Below are positions 30,988 to 40,712 of a stretch of DNA of 64,000 bases, piece by piece (the stretch's first letter is position 1; each line of letters begins with the position of its first letter). The notes under the pieces are model-generated. The model was not told the DNA's origin. It made no database searches and saw nothing but the letters and a program-made list of their open reading frames with translations. The translations under genes and the position numbers were made by a program. The stretch lies in contig OZ218778.1 in the NCBI GenBank assembly GCA_965112635.1, positions 1,536,001 to 1,600,000 on the forward strand. The letters run 5' to 3'. Source of the stretch: an uncultured bacterium. GTDB taxonomy: Bacteria > Oederibacteriota > Oederibacteriia > Oederibacteriales > Oederibacteriaceae.

Positions 30988-32174
30988 CGGTCCAATTCTC
31001 CCGCGATCATGTTGATGGAGCCAAAAGTCGAGATGATATCCGCCACGGTGTATCCGTTGATCATCAAAGGCAGGGCGGCCATGGGTGCCAGACAGGGCGG
31101 CCTGACCCTGACCCGGTAAGGAACATTCGAGCCGTCGCTGACCACATAGAACCCGAGCTCGCCGTTGCCGCCTTCCACGGCGAAATAGACCTCGCCCTGG
31201 GGAGGCCGGATGCCGTGGCCGGGCATCCAGAATTTAAAGTGGTTCATCAAAGCCTCGATGTTGGTGTAGACCGCCTCTTTGGGCGGCAGGGTCACCCGGT
31301 GGTCGGCCACATTGACGGGGCCGTCGGGCAGGTCGGCCAGGCATTGCTCGATGATGCGCAGGCTTTGCTCCATCTCGGCCATCCTGACCAGGTAGCGGCC
31401 GAACACATCACAGCCGTTGTCGGTGGGGATGTCAAATTTCAGGCGGTCATAGACCAGATAGGGCGTGTTTTTCCTGATGTCATAGGGGATGCCCGTGGCC
31501 CGGAGCAGAGGGCCGGTGATGCCGTAGCTGACGGCGTCTTTTTGGGATATTTTGCCGATGCCTTTGGTGCGGTCCACGAAGATCCGGTTTTTGGTCAGGA
31601 GGCCGTCCACTTCCTTGAGGACATCCCTGCTTTTTTTAATGGCGATGCGGGTTTTTTCCTCAAAGCCCCGGGGCAGGTCCTGGGAAAGGCCGCCTACTCT
31701 CGTATAGGTCGTGGTCACCCGCGCGCCGGTCGTGTCCTCAATGAGTTCATAAAGGTATTCCCTGGCTTTCATAAGATAAAGGAACACGGTAAAGGCGCCG
31801 AGTTCCATGGCCTGGGCGCCGATGCTGGTGAAATGGTCGGCAATACGCGATATTTCGCACATGATGACCCGGATATACTGGCAGCGGGGCGTGGTTTCTA
31901 TTCCCATGAGCTTTTCCACGGCCATGATGTAGCCCACATTATTGATGAGAGGGGACACATAGTTGAGGCGGTCCGTGTAGGGCACGACCTGGGTGTAGGT
32001 GCGGTTTTCGGCCATTTTTTCAAAGGCCCGGTGGAGATATCCTATCTCGACCTCGGAATTGACCACGGTCTCCGCGTCCAGTTCCAGGGCTATCTTGATG
32101 ACCCCGTGCGTGGAGGGATGGGACGGGCCCATGTTGAGGTACATGTGGTCGGTGCGGAGTTTAGGGGGTTCCAA
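30984..32174 (-). CDS. nuoD: NADH-quinone oxidoreductase subunit D
   Basis: 'NMGPSHPSTHGV', 'GYLHRAFEK', 'DRLNY', terminal 'GELDR'. Confidence 0.96.
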   Translation of the reverse strand: MEPPKLRTDHMYLNMGPSHPSTHGVIKIALELDAETVVNSEVEIGYLHRAFEKMAENRTYTQVVPYTDRLNYVSPLINNVGYIMAVEKLMGIETTPRCQYIRVIMCEISRIADHFTSIGAQAMELGAFTVFLYLMKAREYLYELIEDTTGARVTTTYTRVGGLSQDLPRGFEEKTRIAIKKSRDVLKEVDGLLTKNRIFVDRTKGIGKISQKDAVSYGITGPLLRATGIPYDIRKNTPYLVYDRLKFDIPTDNGCDVFGRYLVRMAEMEQSLRIIEQCLADLPDGPVNVADHRVTLPPKEAVYTNIEALMNHFKFWMPGHGIRPPQGEVYFAVEGGNGELGFYVVSDGSNVPYRVRVRPPCLAPMAALPLMINGYTVADIISTFGSINMIAGELDR

Positions 32175-32175
32175 A

Positions 32176-32670
32176 TCAATCTCTCTTTCTTAAAGGGACG
32201 ATGGGCTGCTGCTTGTTCAAAGGGTAATCCTTGCGCAAAGGATGGCCGACAAAGGATTCATACATCAGGAGCCTTTTCATGTTGGGATGGCCGTTAAATT
32301 TGACGCCGAACATGTCCCAGACCTCCCGCTCCAGCCAGTTGGCCAGGCCGTACAGGGGGGACAGGGAGTCGATGCGGGGGTCTTCCTGAGGCACGGCCGA
32401 CTTGACCCGCACCCGGGAATTGTTCTTGAAAGAATAGAAGTGGCAGACCACCTCGAAGCGGACAGGAGCTTGGGGGCCCTTGTCCACGGCGGTCAGGTCC
32501 GTGAGCATGTCATAGGAAAGCTCCGGGTCGTCCTTGAGGAAGGCGGCCAGCTCTTTGTACCGTTCCCGGGGGATGACCACCTGGTCCTGGCCCAGAGGCG
32601 AGGAGACCTGGTCGGCAGGGAGTCTGAAACGCTCCTGGACGCGGCTGAGGGTCGGGGAGAGTCCGCTCAT
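32176..32670 (-). CDS. nuoC: NADH-quinone oxidoreductase subunit C
   Basis: '[18 protein letters not shown]', 'GHPLRKDYP'; ATG 32670 overlaps the nuoB stop (ORF-track start is too long). Confidence 0.93.
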   Translation of the reverse strand: MSGLSPTLSRVQERFRLPADQVSSPLGQDQVVIPRERYKELAAFLKDDPELSYDMLTDLTAVDKGPQAPVRFEVVCHFYSFKNNSRVRVKSAVPQEDPRIDSLSPLYGLANWLEREVWDMFGVKFNGHPNMKRLLMYESFVGHPLRKDYPLNKQQPIVPLRKRD

Positions 32671-33146
32671 TCGAACAGTCCTTGTTTGGATTTTTGGATC
32701 TTTTCCTGCAGTTTGATGAGGGCGTCCAAAACCGTTTCCGGACGGGGCGGGCAGCCCGGCACAAAAACATCGACCGGGATGATGGTGTCGATGCCCGGCA
32801 CCGTGGCGTAGTTCTGGTAAAACCCGCCTGTGGAAGCGCAGGTCCCGAAGGAGATGACCCATTTGGGGTCGGCCATCTGGTCGTATATCTTCTTGAGGAC
32901 GGGCGACTGCTTGTGGTTGATGGTGCCGACCACGAACAAAACATCGGACTGGCGGGGGGAAAACCTGGGAAAACCGGCGCCAAAACGCTCGATGTCGTAG
33001 TGGGAGCAGGCCATGGACATGTATTCCATGCCGCAGCAGGCCGTCACAAAGGGGTATTGAAATAAGGAGTATTTCCTGGCCCAGCCAATGACCTGGTCCA
33101 GCTGGGTGGTGATGACTTGGGAGAGGGGCAACTTGTTTTCTTCCAT
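32667..33146 (-). CDS. nuoB: NADH-quinone oxidoreductase subunit B
   Basis: 'TACCGMEYM', 'SPRQSD', 'GTCASTGG', 'VPGCPPRPE'. Confidence 0.95.
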   Translation of the reverse strand: MEENKLPLSQVITTQLDQVIGWARKYSLFQYPFVTACCGMEYMSMACSHYDIERFGAGFPRFSPRQSDVLFVVGTINHKQSPVLKKIYDQMADPKWVISFGTCASTGGFYQNYATVPGIDTIIPVDVFVPGCPPRPETVLDALIKLQEKIQKSKQGLFE

Positions 33147-33395
33147 ATTATTGTTGTCCTTTAGGAATAATGTTGGAATATGAGTGGACATTATAACATT
33201 TGTGGGACGATTTTCTAGGCAAAGCAGGGTTTTTGGATGGGTGCTGGGGAATGATTTGATACAAAGGCGGGGTCTTTGCCTAACATTTTGTACCGGAAAG
33301 AATTAGGTGAATACTATAATCGTTGAAAACATCATAAAACCTAGCCTGCTCACTCTTGCAGGAGGCTCGGCCCCGCTCATTTGTTCTTTGATTAA

Positions 33396-34118
33396 TTATT
33401 CAAGCCCAGCATTTGAAAGGGTTAACCAAATCGTAAGGTTACCATTCTTATCCTTTATTGGAATCCAACCAAGAGGCACACTAGGTTTTTCATAACAATT
33501 TCCAGATATTTTAATCCAATTGCCCTTTTTTTTAACTATATTAAAATCTTCTATCGTCATATCGTGGGCAAGATTCTCACCTGGATAATTTTTATATTTT
33601 GCATTAAAGCTCGGCGTGTCATAAAATCGTCTTTTCTTCTGTCCCCCAAAAAATATGTTAACGCATGTTCCACTCTCAAATTTATCATCACTAAAACTAA
33701 AAATATCCACTCCTCCTGGTATTTCTTTTCTATTAATCCATGCTCTCTTATCATTTTCACAATCATAAACAATTTCCAGATAATTGCCTTTCTCGTTCAT
33801 AACAGGAAATTGGGAATCGGTGAATGGCATGTCAACCCCGCTGATTAATATTCGCATTATTGGGATTGTATCATCCGAATATATTTTTGAGCCAAGGACC
33901 CATGTTGCGTTATTTTTTTTAAGGTATGTCTGGATGTAATCATATTCTTTACTGCCATACTCCAAAATACCAATTGCATTTTTAAATATCACTTGAGGAA
34001 CATCTTCATAGTCTATTGGAGATTCCTCACTAGCTGTATCCCCATAGTAAATTTTAGGAGCCATAACATTTACAGATATTGCTAACAGAAAACAAAACAA
34101 TATATTAAATTTTCTCAT
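33396..34118 (-). CDS. Hypothetical secreted protein, AT-rich
   Basis: SD AGGAGGAG; signal-like N-terminus; SH3-like tail 'KKGNWIKI...LGWIP'; composition far more AT-rich than the flanks. Confidence 0.7.
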   Translation of the reverse strand: MRKFNILFCFLLAISVNVMAPKIYYGDTASEESPIDYEDVPQVIFKNAIGILEYGSKEYDYIQTYLKKNNATWVLGSKIYSDDTIPIMRILISGVDMPFTDSQFPVMNEKGNYLEIVYDCENDKRAWINRKEIPGGVDIFSFSDDKFESGTCVNIFFGGQKKRRFYDTPSFNAKYKNYPGENLAHDMTIEDFNIVKKKGNWIKISGNCYEKPSVPLGWIPIKDKNGNLTIWLTLSNAGLE

Positions 34119-34352
34119 AACATTACTCCTCCTGGTATTTACCGTGAGGTCTAGGTGTATAGTGTGTAACCAAATTCTTTCCGAAATAAAAGTGGTCTAA
34201 GACAAAGGATAGCGTGTCCCAAGGGGTTGGTCAATGACCGCCTAGGGCAGGGAAATGTCAGGGCAAGGCATTGTTATCACAAGGACAAGGATAGAGTGAG
34301 CCAGGACCAAGGGCCGCATGATCAAGGGCCAAGGGCCTGGTATTCCAAGGGC

Positions 34353-34459
34353 TTACTTCCGCTGGTATTCCGGGCACTCTGTGGCGTTGGGGCGTTCGGG
34401 GCGGCGGCAGGAGTTGGGGTGGTCGAAACTGCAGGTATCACAGAGAAATTCTGAGGCGG
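34353..34459. repeat. 107-bp direct repeat, copy 1 (duplicate of the SEC-C gene 3' end)
   Basis: Identical to 35773-35879 except for 6 substitutions clustered in the first 31 bp. Confidence 0.92.
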
Positions 34460-34483
34460 TCTGCATTATTGACAATTTGTCTA

Positions 34484-34580
34484 CCTTGAAAATCCACCAT
34501 GACACGGTGGAATTTCAAGGCAAAAGTACTTCATATGGCTACCTTGAAAACTCGGTTGACAACGCCGAGATTTCAAGGTA
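34484..34580. repeat. Two tandem imperfect palindromes CCTTGAAA...TTTCAAGG upstream of the ATPase gene
   Basis: 34484-34520 and 34540-34580: same outer arms, different inner stems and loops. Confidence 0.75.
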
Positions 34581-34591
34581 ATATCCATGCC

Positions 34592-35746
34592 ATGATAAAG
34601 AGAACAGAGCACCTCCAGAAAGCGTTAGGACTATTGAGGGCCTATCCGGCGGTCGCTATCCTGGGCCCCCGGCAGATCGGCAAGACCACTCTGGCCGGAC
34701 TAGTCGGCAGAAAATGGAAAGGCCCGGTCACGCGGTTTGACTTGGAGGACCCCACAGACCTTTACCGCCTTAATGAGCCAAAAATGGTTTTAGAGCCTCT
34801 TCGAGGGCTGGTGGTCATTGACGAGGTGCAGAAGCGTCCTGAGCTTTTTTCCTATATCAGAGTCCTGGCGGACCAACGGCAAGTCAGGCGTAGGTTTCTC
34901 ATCCTGGGGAGCGCGTCCCCATCCCTTTTAAGACAGAGTTCGGAAACCCTGGCCGGCAGGATCGCCTATCACACTCTGGGCGGGCTGGATATGTTCGAAA
35001 CCGGAGCGGCCAGTCTGGAGCCTTTGTGGCTAAGGGGAGGTTTCCCCCGGTCTTTTCTGGCGAAAAGCGAAAAGGAAAGCGTGGAGTGGCGCCGGAACTT
35101 TGTCAGGACTTTTCTGGAGCAGGATATTCCCCAGCTGGGAATATCCATTCCTGCCGGGACCATGAGGCGTTTTTGGTCCCTCTTGGCACATTACCACGGC
35201 CAGATATGGAACAGTTCCGAGCCGGCCCGGTCGTTTGGGATGGCCGATACCACCATTAAGAGATACCTAGATATTCTGACAGATACTTTTATGGTCCGGC
35301 AGCTAGCTCCTTGGCACGAAAATCTAAAAAAAAGACAGGTGAAATCTCCCAAGGTATATTTCATGGACACGGGCCTTTTGCACCTACTGATGGATGCGCC
35401 GGATAAGGCCTCGCTCCTCAGGCATCCCAAACAGGGGGCCTCTTGGGAAGGGTTCATGATGGAGATGGTGATACGCAGGACAGGGGCATGGCCAGAGGAG
35501 TGTTACTTTTGGGCGACGCATGCGGGAGCCGAGATCGACCTGCTGGTCGTCAGGGGAGGTAAGCGGTATGGTTTTGAGTTCAAGCGGACTGCGAACCCCC
35601 AGGTCACTCCCTCAATGCGGATCGGCCAGAAGGAGTTGAATCTCAAGCAGCTCTGGGTTATCCACGCCGGCAAGGAGAGCTTTGACTTACCTCAGAATAT
35701 CAGGGCTGTGGCGGCGGCAAAACTACGGGAAATCCCTCATCTTTGA
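34592..35746 (+). CDS. AAA+ ATPase of the AAA_14/DUF4143 type with a C-terminal PD-(D/E)xK-like motif
   Basis: Walker A 'GPRQIGKTT', Walker B 'VVIDEVQ', 'SETLAGR', 'GGFP', 'KSPKVYFMDTG', 'EIDLL...FEFK'. Confidence 0.88.
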   Translation: MIKRTEHLQKALGLLRAYPAVAILGPRQIGKTTLAGLVGRKWKGPVTRFDLEDPTDLYRLNEPKMVLEPLRGLVVIDEVQKRPELFSYIRVLADQRQVRRRFLILGSASPSLLRQSSETLAGRIAYHTLGGLDMFETGAASLEPLWLRGGFPRSFLAKSEKESVEWRRNFVRTFLEQDIPQLGISIPAGTMRRFWSLLAHYHGQIWNSSEPARSFGMADTTIKRYLDILTDTFMVRQLAPWHENLKKRQVKSPKVYFMDTGLLHLLMDAPDKASLLRHPKQGASWEGFMMEMVIRRTGAWPEECYFWATHAGAEIDLLVVRGGKRYGFEFKRTANPQVTPSMRIGQKELNLKQLWVIHAGKESFDLPQNIRAVAAAKLREIPHL

Positions 35747-35772
35747 GCATTGCCGGGGTAAAAAAAGTTAGG

Positions 35773-35879
35773 TTACTTCCGCTGGTACTCAGGACACGCA
35801 GTAGCGTTGGGGCGTTCGGGGCGGCGGCAGGAGTTGGGGTGGTCGAAACTGCAGGTATCACAGAGAAATTCTGAGGCGG
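35773..35879. repeat. 107-bp direct repeat, copy 2 (within the SEC-C gene)
   Basis: Matches 34353-34459. Confidence 0.92.
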
Positions 35880-35988
35880 CAATGTTATTGACCACCCGGC
35901 CGGAAAGAGCGTCTTTTTCCATACAACATTTTTTGTATTTTTTCCCGCTCCCGCAGGGGCAGGGGTCGTTGCGTCCTACCTTGGACAT
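35773..35988 (-). CDS. SEC-C motif protein with a second Cys-rich C-terminal motif
   Basis: '[20 protein letters not shown]' followed by '[27 protein letters not shown]'. Confidence 0.85.
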   Translation of the reverse strand: MSKVGRNDPCPCGSGKKYKKCCMEKDALSGRVVNNIAASEFLCDTCSFDHPNSCRRPERPNATACPEYQRK

Positions 35989-36186
35989 GGCCAGCCTTCT
36001 ATATATAAGATGAGTTTCAAACAGGACAATCATATCTGATTATAGCCAAACAACGAAAGGGATAAATGTGTATCCGGGCATCAACATTCCTTATATATTA
36101 TTCTTTATCCCATTCAGAACCAGGGCAATCTTGACTATATGAGGATAGGAATGTAACATCATAGAAATCTTTTTGGTCTATGACTA

Positions 36187-36334
36187 CTGCCGAGAAAACC
36201 CCGGCCTCGCCTTCAAGGTGCGTGTCCATGAGGACATTAGGCCGGGGATGAACGGCAGCCCGAGCGTAGCGAGGAGGAACAAACAAGATAACTCCTCCTT
36301 ACGAAAACCCCGCCCTTTAGGGCGGGGAAGTTTA
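36187..36334. mobile_element. Highly structured ~150-bp element resembling IS200/IS605-family ends (non-autonomous remnant), or a leader RNA
   Basis: GAAAACCCCGGCC...GGCCGGGGA and GAAAACCCCGCCCTTTAGGGCGGGGAAGTT hairpins; nested stems; no transposase. Confidence 0.5.
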
Positions 36335-36354
36335 TTTTGGACGAGGAGGGGCAG

Positions 36355-38025
36355 ATGTCTGACCTGGATATAGCTCTAAAAGCCAAGATGAAAAAAATCA
36401 CGGAGCTGGCCAAAGAAAAGCTGGGTATCCCGGCTGACGCCATGGAACCTTACGGGCATTACATTGCCAAACTTTCCATCGAATTCATGGAGTCCCTCAA
36501 GAATAAAAAAGACGGCAAGCTCATCCTGGTCACGGCCATCAGCCCCACGCCGGCCGGCGAAGGAAAAACCACCACCACCGTCGGATTGGGCGACGCCCTG
36601 AACCGTATCGGCAAAAAAGCGGTCATGTGTTTGCGGGAGCCTTCCCTGGGCCCGTGTTTCGGTGCCAAAGGCGGCGCGGCCGGAGGCGGTTTCGCCCAAG
36701 TCGTTCCCATGGAAGATATCAACCTGCATTTCACCGGTGATTTCCACGCCATCAGCCTGTGCCACAACCTGCTGGCGGCTCTGGTGGACAACCATATCCA
36801 ACAGGGCAATGAACTGGACATCGACGTGCGCCGGGTGACCTGGAACCGCGTCATCGACCTCAACGACAGGGCTTTGCGTCACATGACCATCGGCCTGGGC
36901 GGGACCGGCAACGGTTTCCCCCGTGAGGACAGTTTTGACATCGTGCCGGCTTCGGAGATCATGGCCATCCTGTGCCTGAGCACCTCCATCAAGGACCTCA
37001 AGCAGAGATTGGGCAACATAATAGTAGGCTACTCCAGACAGAACAAGCCCATCCGGGCCAAAGACCTCAAAGTGCAGGGCTCCATGGCCATCCTGCTCAA
37101 GGACGCCATCAAGCCCAATATGGTCCAGACATTAGAGAACAACATCGCTTTCGTACATGGCGGGCCTTTTGGCAACATCGCCCACGGCTGCAACACGGTG
37201 CGGGCCACGAGCGTGGCCCTGAAACTCGCTGATTACGTGGTGACCGAGGCCGGGTTCGGCGCGGACCTGGGCGCGGAAAAGTTCGTGGACATCAAATGCC
37301 GCAAGTCCGGCTTAAGGCCGTCCATGGCCGTGCTGGTGGCGACCATCCGGGCCTTGAAGTACCACGGCGGGGCCGACCTTAAAACTTTGGATAAAGAGAA
37401 CCTCCCGGCCCTGGAAAAGGGCATGGCCAACCTGGAGAGGCATATCAACAACATCCGCAACCATTTCGGGCTGCCCTGCGTGGTGGCCATCAATAAGTTC
37501 ACGGCGGACACCGAGGCGGAGATCAAGCTCCTCAAGACCAAGATCGCGCACCACGAGGTGCCGGTCGTGCTGGCCAATCACTGGGCCCAGGGCGGCAGGG
37601 GAGCCGAGGAATTGGCCCGCAAGGTCGTGCAGGTCATCGACGAAGTGCCGTCGGATTTCCATTTTGTCTATGACGACAACGACACCCTGTGGGAAAAGAT
37701 CAACAAGGTCGCCCAGAAGATCTACGGGGCTTCGGAGATCGTGGCGGACACCAAGGTGCGCGCCAAGATCAAGGCCTACCAGGAGGATTTCGGCACATAC
37801 CCGGTTTGCATCGCCAAGACCCAGTATTCATTTTCCACGGACCCGCTCCTCAAAGGGGCGCCTTCCAACCACGTGGTGCAGATCAACGACGTCAGGCTGG
37901 CCGCCGGGGCCGAATTTTTGGTGGCCATTTGCGGGGATATCATGACCATGCCCGGCCTGCCCAAAGTACCCAGGGCCGTGGCCGGGGACCTGGACGACAA
38001 CGGGAAGATAGTCGGGCTATTCTAA
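36355..38025 (+). CDS. fhs: Formate--tetrahydrofolate ligase
   Basis: '[15 protein letters not shown]', '[12 protein letters not shown]', '[11 protein letters not shown]', '[14 protein letters not shown]', 'MTMPGLP'; SD GAGGAGG. Confidence 0.97.
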   Translation: MSDLDIALKAKMKKITELAKEKLGIPADAMEPYGHYIAKLSIEFMESLKNKKDGKLILVTAISPTPAGEGKTTTTVGLGDALNRIGKKAVMCLREPSLGPCFGAKGGAAGGGFAQVVPMEDINLHFTGDFHAISLCHNLLAALVDNHIQQGNELDIDVRRVTWNRVIDLNDRALRHMTIGLGGTGNGFPREDSFDIVPASEIMAILCLSTSIKDLKQRLGNIIVGYSRQNKPIRAKDLKVQGSMAILLKDAIKPNMVQTLENNIAFVHGGPFGNIAHGCNTVRATSVALKLADYVVTEAGFGADLGAEKFVDIKCRKSGLRPSMAVLVATIRALKYHGGADLKTLDKENLPALEKGMANLERHINNIRNHFGLPCVVAINKFTADTEAEIKLLKTKIAHHEVPVVLANHWAQGGRGAEELARKVVQVIDEVPSDFHFVYDDNDTLWEKINKVAQKIYGASEIVADTKVRAKIKAYQEDFGTYPVCIAKTQYSFSTDPLLKGAPSNHVVQINDVRLAAGAEFLVAICGDIMTMPGLPKVPRAVAGDLDDNGKIVGLF

Positions 38026-38039
38026 TTTAACGAGGAAAA

Positions 38040-39629
38040 ATGGAACCTAGTAGCAATGCCATGACCTTTGAAGAAGTCGTCAAAGCCGACCGCTTTTATT
38101 ACGGGGTGGAACTGGTCACCTCGCGCGGCATGGTGGATACCGCCAACCCCAACAAGCAGCTGCAGCTGGGCGAGGCCTTTAGCGCCAACCCCAGGGTGAG
38201 CTGGATATCCATCACGGACAATCCCAGCGGCAACGCCATGCTGCCGCCGGACGCCCTGGCGCGCCTGCTGGCCAAGAAAAAAGAGGTCCTCATCCACCTG
38301 ACCTGCAAGGACATCAACCGCAATTCCCTGGAGTCCTCGGCGTGGGGCTACGCCTCGGAAGGTTTCCGCAACATCCTGGCCTTATCCGGCGACTATCCCC
38401 AGGTGGCTTTCAGGGGCACGGGCACGCCGGTCTTTGATTTCGACTCGGTCAACCTCATCTACCTCCTGCACTCCATGAACCAGGGACTGCAGGTGCCGGG
38501 CCGGAAAAAGGGCGAGACCGAGACTCTGCCGCAGACCCGCTTTTATATCGGCTGCGCGGTGTCGCCTTTTAAACGGCTGGAGTCGGAGCTGATGGGGCAG
38601 TATTTCAAGCTGGTGCGCAAGGCGGCGGCCGGGGCGCAGTTCGTGATCCCCCAGCTGGGTTATGACATGAGGAAGTTCCACGAAGTCAAACTTTTCAGGG
38701 ACCGCTTTAAACTGGGCATGAGGCTTGTCGGCAACGTCTATGTCCTGACAAAAGGCGTGGCCGAGCTTTTTCACCGCAACCTGTTCCCGGGCTGCGTGGT
38801 CACGGACGAGCTTTTGGAGCTGTGCCGCAAGTACGGGGCAGGCCCGGACAAGGGCAAGCAATTCTTCATCGAGCTGGCGGCCAAACAGCTGGCCGTGTTC
38901 AAAGGCATGGGGTTCGACGCGGGATATCTGGCCGGCCTCAACCAGCCGGAAACGTTCGACCAGATCGTCGACCTGGCCGAGAGCTACAGCCAGAACGACT
39001 GGAAAGCATTCGCCAAAGAAATTCAGTATAACCGCAAGGGCGAGTTCTACCTCTTTGAACAGGACCCGGCCACGGGGCTGGGCGACCCCAACCGGCTGAA
39101 CCGCGCTTTTGTCCGTTCCCAGCAGAAGCCCAGGCGGTACGGCAAGATCAACCTGTTCTACGCCTTTAACAGGCTGGTCCATACTATGGCGTTCAACCGG
39201 GGCAAGGGATTGTTCAATACCTGCAAATTCCTTTATTCCAAGATAGACAACCATGACAGCGCTCTTTACTGGCTGGCCCACCGGTTCGAGCTGGTGGCCA
39301 AGGCCATGTTGTTTAAATGCAGGGACTGCGGGGACTGCAGCCTGCCGGACTGCGCTTACATCTGCCCGATGGCGAGCTGTTCCAAGAACGAGCGCAACGG
39401 CCCGTGCGGCGGTTCCAATGAAGGCATCTGCGAGAACGAGGACAAGACCTGCATCTGGGTCAGGATCTATGATAGACTTAAACGCTACGGAGAGTTCGAA
39501 AAGACCGTCACCGGGCCCATGGTGACCTACGACGCGAACCTGCTGGGAACCTCCTCGTGGGCCAACACGTTCCTGGGCCGGGACCATTTTGACCCGGAGA
39601 AACAAAAAAACCTGCTGAAAAGGAGCTGA
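38040..39629 (+). CDS. Methylenetetrahydrofolate reductase (MetF-type) fused to a C-terminal MetV-like Cys-rich domain
   Basis: 'ITDNP', 'HLTCKDINR', 'LALSGDY', 'AGAQFVIPQLGYD'; C-terminal 'CRDCGDC...CP...CSKNERNGPCGG...C...CIW'. Confidence 0.85.
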   Translation: MEPSSNAMTFEEVVKADRFYYGVELVTSRGMVDTANPNKQLQLGEAFSANPRVSWISITDNPSGNAMLPPDALARLLAKKKEVLIHLTCKDINRNSLESSAWGYASEGFRNILALSGDYPQVAFRGTGTPVFDFDSVNLIYLLHSMNQGLQVPGRKKGETETLPQTRFYIGCAVSPFKRLESELMGQYFKLVRKAAAGAQFVIPQLGYDMRKFHEVKLFRDRFKLGMRLVGNVYVLTKGVAELFHRNLFPGCVVTDELLELCRKYGAGPDKGKQFFIELAAKQLAVFKGMGFDAGYLAGLNQPETFDQIVDLAESYSQNDWKAFAKEIQYNRKGEFYLFEQDPATGLGDPNRLNRAFVRSQQKPRRYGKINLFYAFNRLVHTMAFNRGKGLFNTCKFLYSKIDNHDSALYWLAHRFELVAKAMLFKCRDCGDCSLPDCAYICPMASCSKNERNGPCGGSNEGICENEDKTCIWVRIYDRLKRYGEFEKTVTGPMVTYDANLLGTSSWANTFLGRDHFDPEKQKNLLKRS

Positions 39630-39632
39630 GCC

Positions 39633-40508
39633 ATGCCATTACCAGGTCTTAAGATCATCGGAGAGTCCATCAATGATTCGGTTCCTTCGACCAAGAAGCT
39701 GTTCGAAGAGAACAATATCGCCCAGATTTTAGAGCTGGCCAAGTCCCAGGACGCCGCCGGCGCGAACTACATCGACGTCAACGTGGGCAGGCGCACTCCG
39801 GAATTCATGGCGGATATGGTCAAGAAGATACAGACCGTCACGGCCAAACCCCTGTCCATCGACACGCCGGATTTCAGCATCGCCAAAGCAGGCCTGGAGG
39901 CTTATGACCAGGCCAGGGCCGGGGGAGCCATCCCGGTCCTCAACTCCATCTCGCCTTTGCGCTACTCCATGCTGGAGCTCTACAAGACACGGCCTTTTAT
40001 GCCTCTCCTTTTGATCGCGGAGCGGATGGAGGACGGCAAATTTTTCCCCAATAAAACAGCGCAGGAGACTTACCAGACGGCCAAAGATATGATGGCCCAG
40101 GTCAGGAAAAGGGACTATCGCATCCCCAACGAGCAGTGCATCTTTGACCCGGGGATCAGCCCGGTCGGGGTGGATACCGAGGGGCATATCCTGAGGGTCG
40201 TCGAGACCTTAAAGCTCATCCATAACGATCCGGATTTCAAAGGATGCCATTGTTCCGTCGGCTTGAGTAATTTCACCCACATGCTGCCCTCCAAACGGCC
40301 GGACGGCTCGCCGGTCAAAGGGACGCTGGAAAGCGCGTTCCTGACCGTGGCCATGCCTTTGGGCCTGGACACGATCATCGGCTCCATGACCCGCAAATAC
40401 GCCATCCTGGACGACAGCCATCCGGCTATGCAATGCCTCAAGGACGTCCTCAAGATGACGGATCCCATGGACGCTATCATCAGGGTCAAGGAGTTTTATA
40501 CCAGCTAA
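39633..40508 (+). CDS. Pterin-binding methyl-THF:corrinoid methyltransferase (AcsE/MetH folate-domain-like)
   Basis: 'IIGESIN', 'GANYIDVNVG', 'PLSIDT', 'LNSIS', 'IFDP', 'VGLSNF'. Confidence 0.82.
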   Translation: MPLPGLKIIGESINDSVPSTKKLFEENNIAQILELAKSQDAAGANYIDVNVGRRTPEFMADMVKKIQTVTAKPLSIDTPDFSIAKAGLEAYDQARAGGAIPVLNSISPLRYSMLELYKTRPFMPLLLIAERMEDGKFFPNKTAQETYQTAKDMMAQVRKRDYRIPNEQCIFDPGISPVGVDTEGHILRVVETLKLIHNDPDFKGCHCSVGLSNFTHMLPSKRPDGSPVKGTLESAFLTVAMPLGLDTIIGSMTRKYAILDDSHPAMQCLKDVLKMTDPMDAIIRVKEFYTS

Positions 40509-40529
40509 GGGATACAAGAAAATATCGGT

Positions 40530-40565
40530 AAAAAAAACCCCGCAAGAGATTGTGGGTTTTTTTTT
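40530..40565 (+). terminator. Intrinsic terminator after the fhs operon
   Basis: AAAAAAAACCCCGCAA-GAGA-TTGTGGGTTTTTTTTT. Confidence 0.75.
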
Positions 40566-40657
40566 AGGGGTACACCATTAGCCCAAGGCGGTAGGGTGAA
40601 GAGATTTGTTTAAGTGAATTGAGCGGACGGTCAGATTTGTCGCAGATAGTTAAGGAA

Positions 40658-40712
40658 GCACCCTAAATCCGTAGGGATTCAGGGTGCAAAAATCTACGGA
40701 GGACAGTTATTA
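40658..40712 (+). repeat. Dispersed ~55-bp hairpin repeat, copy B (3' of metF)
   Basis: GCACCCTAAATCCGTAGGGATTCAGGGTGC...AGGACAGTTATTA aligns with the reverse complement of 26315-26370. Confidence 0.6.

Noticed and set aside
19641-32297. Long plus-strand ORFs opposite the nuo genes (e.g. 21137-22678, 23218-24231, 31215-32297)
   Set aside because: Antisense shadows expected from GC3-rich coding sequence; no motifs or RBS
34353-35879. The 107-bp repeat pair as a DGR template/variable repeat
   Set aside because: Differences are not confined to adenines on either strand, are mostly synonymous, and no reverse transcriptase is present in the window
36187-36334. A known ZTP (pfl) or THF riboswitch upstream of fhs
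   Set aside because: The consensus elements I know for these aptamers are not recognisable; the hairpins look more like IS200/IS605 ends
36098-36373. Short ORFs spanning the fhs leader
   Set aside because: They run through the GC hairpin element, have no RBS or motifs, and are probably spurious
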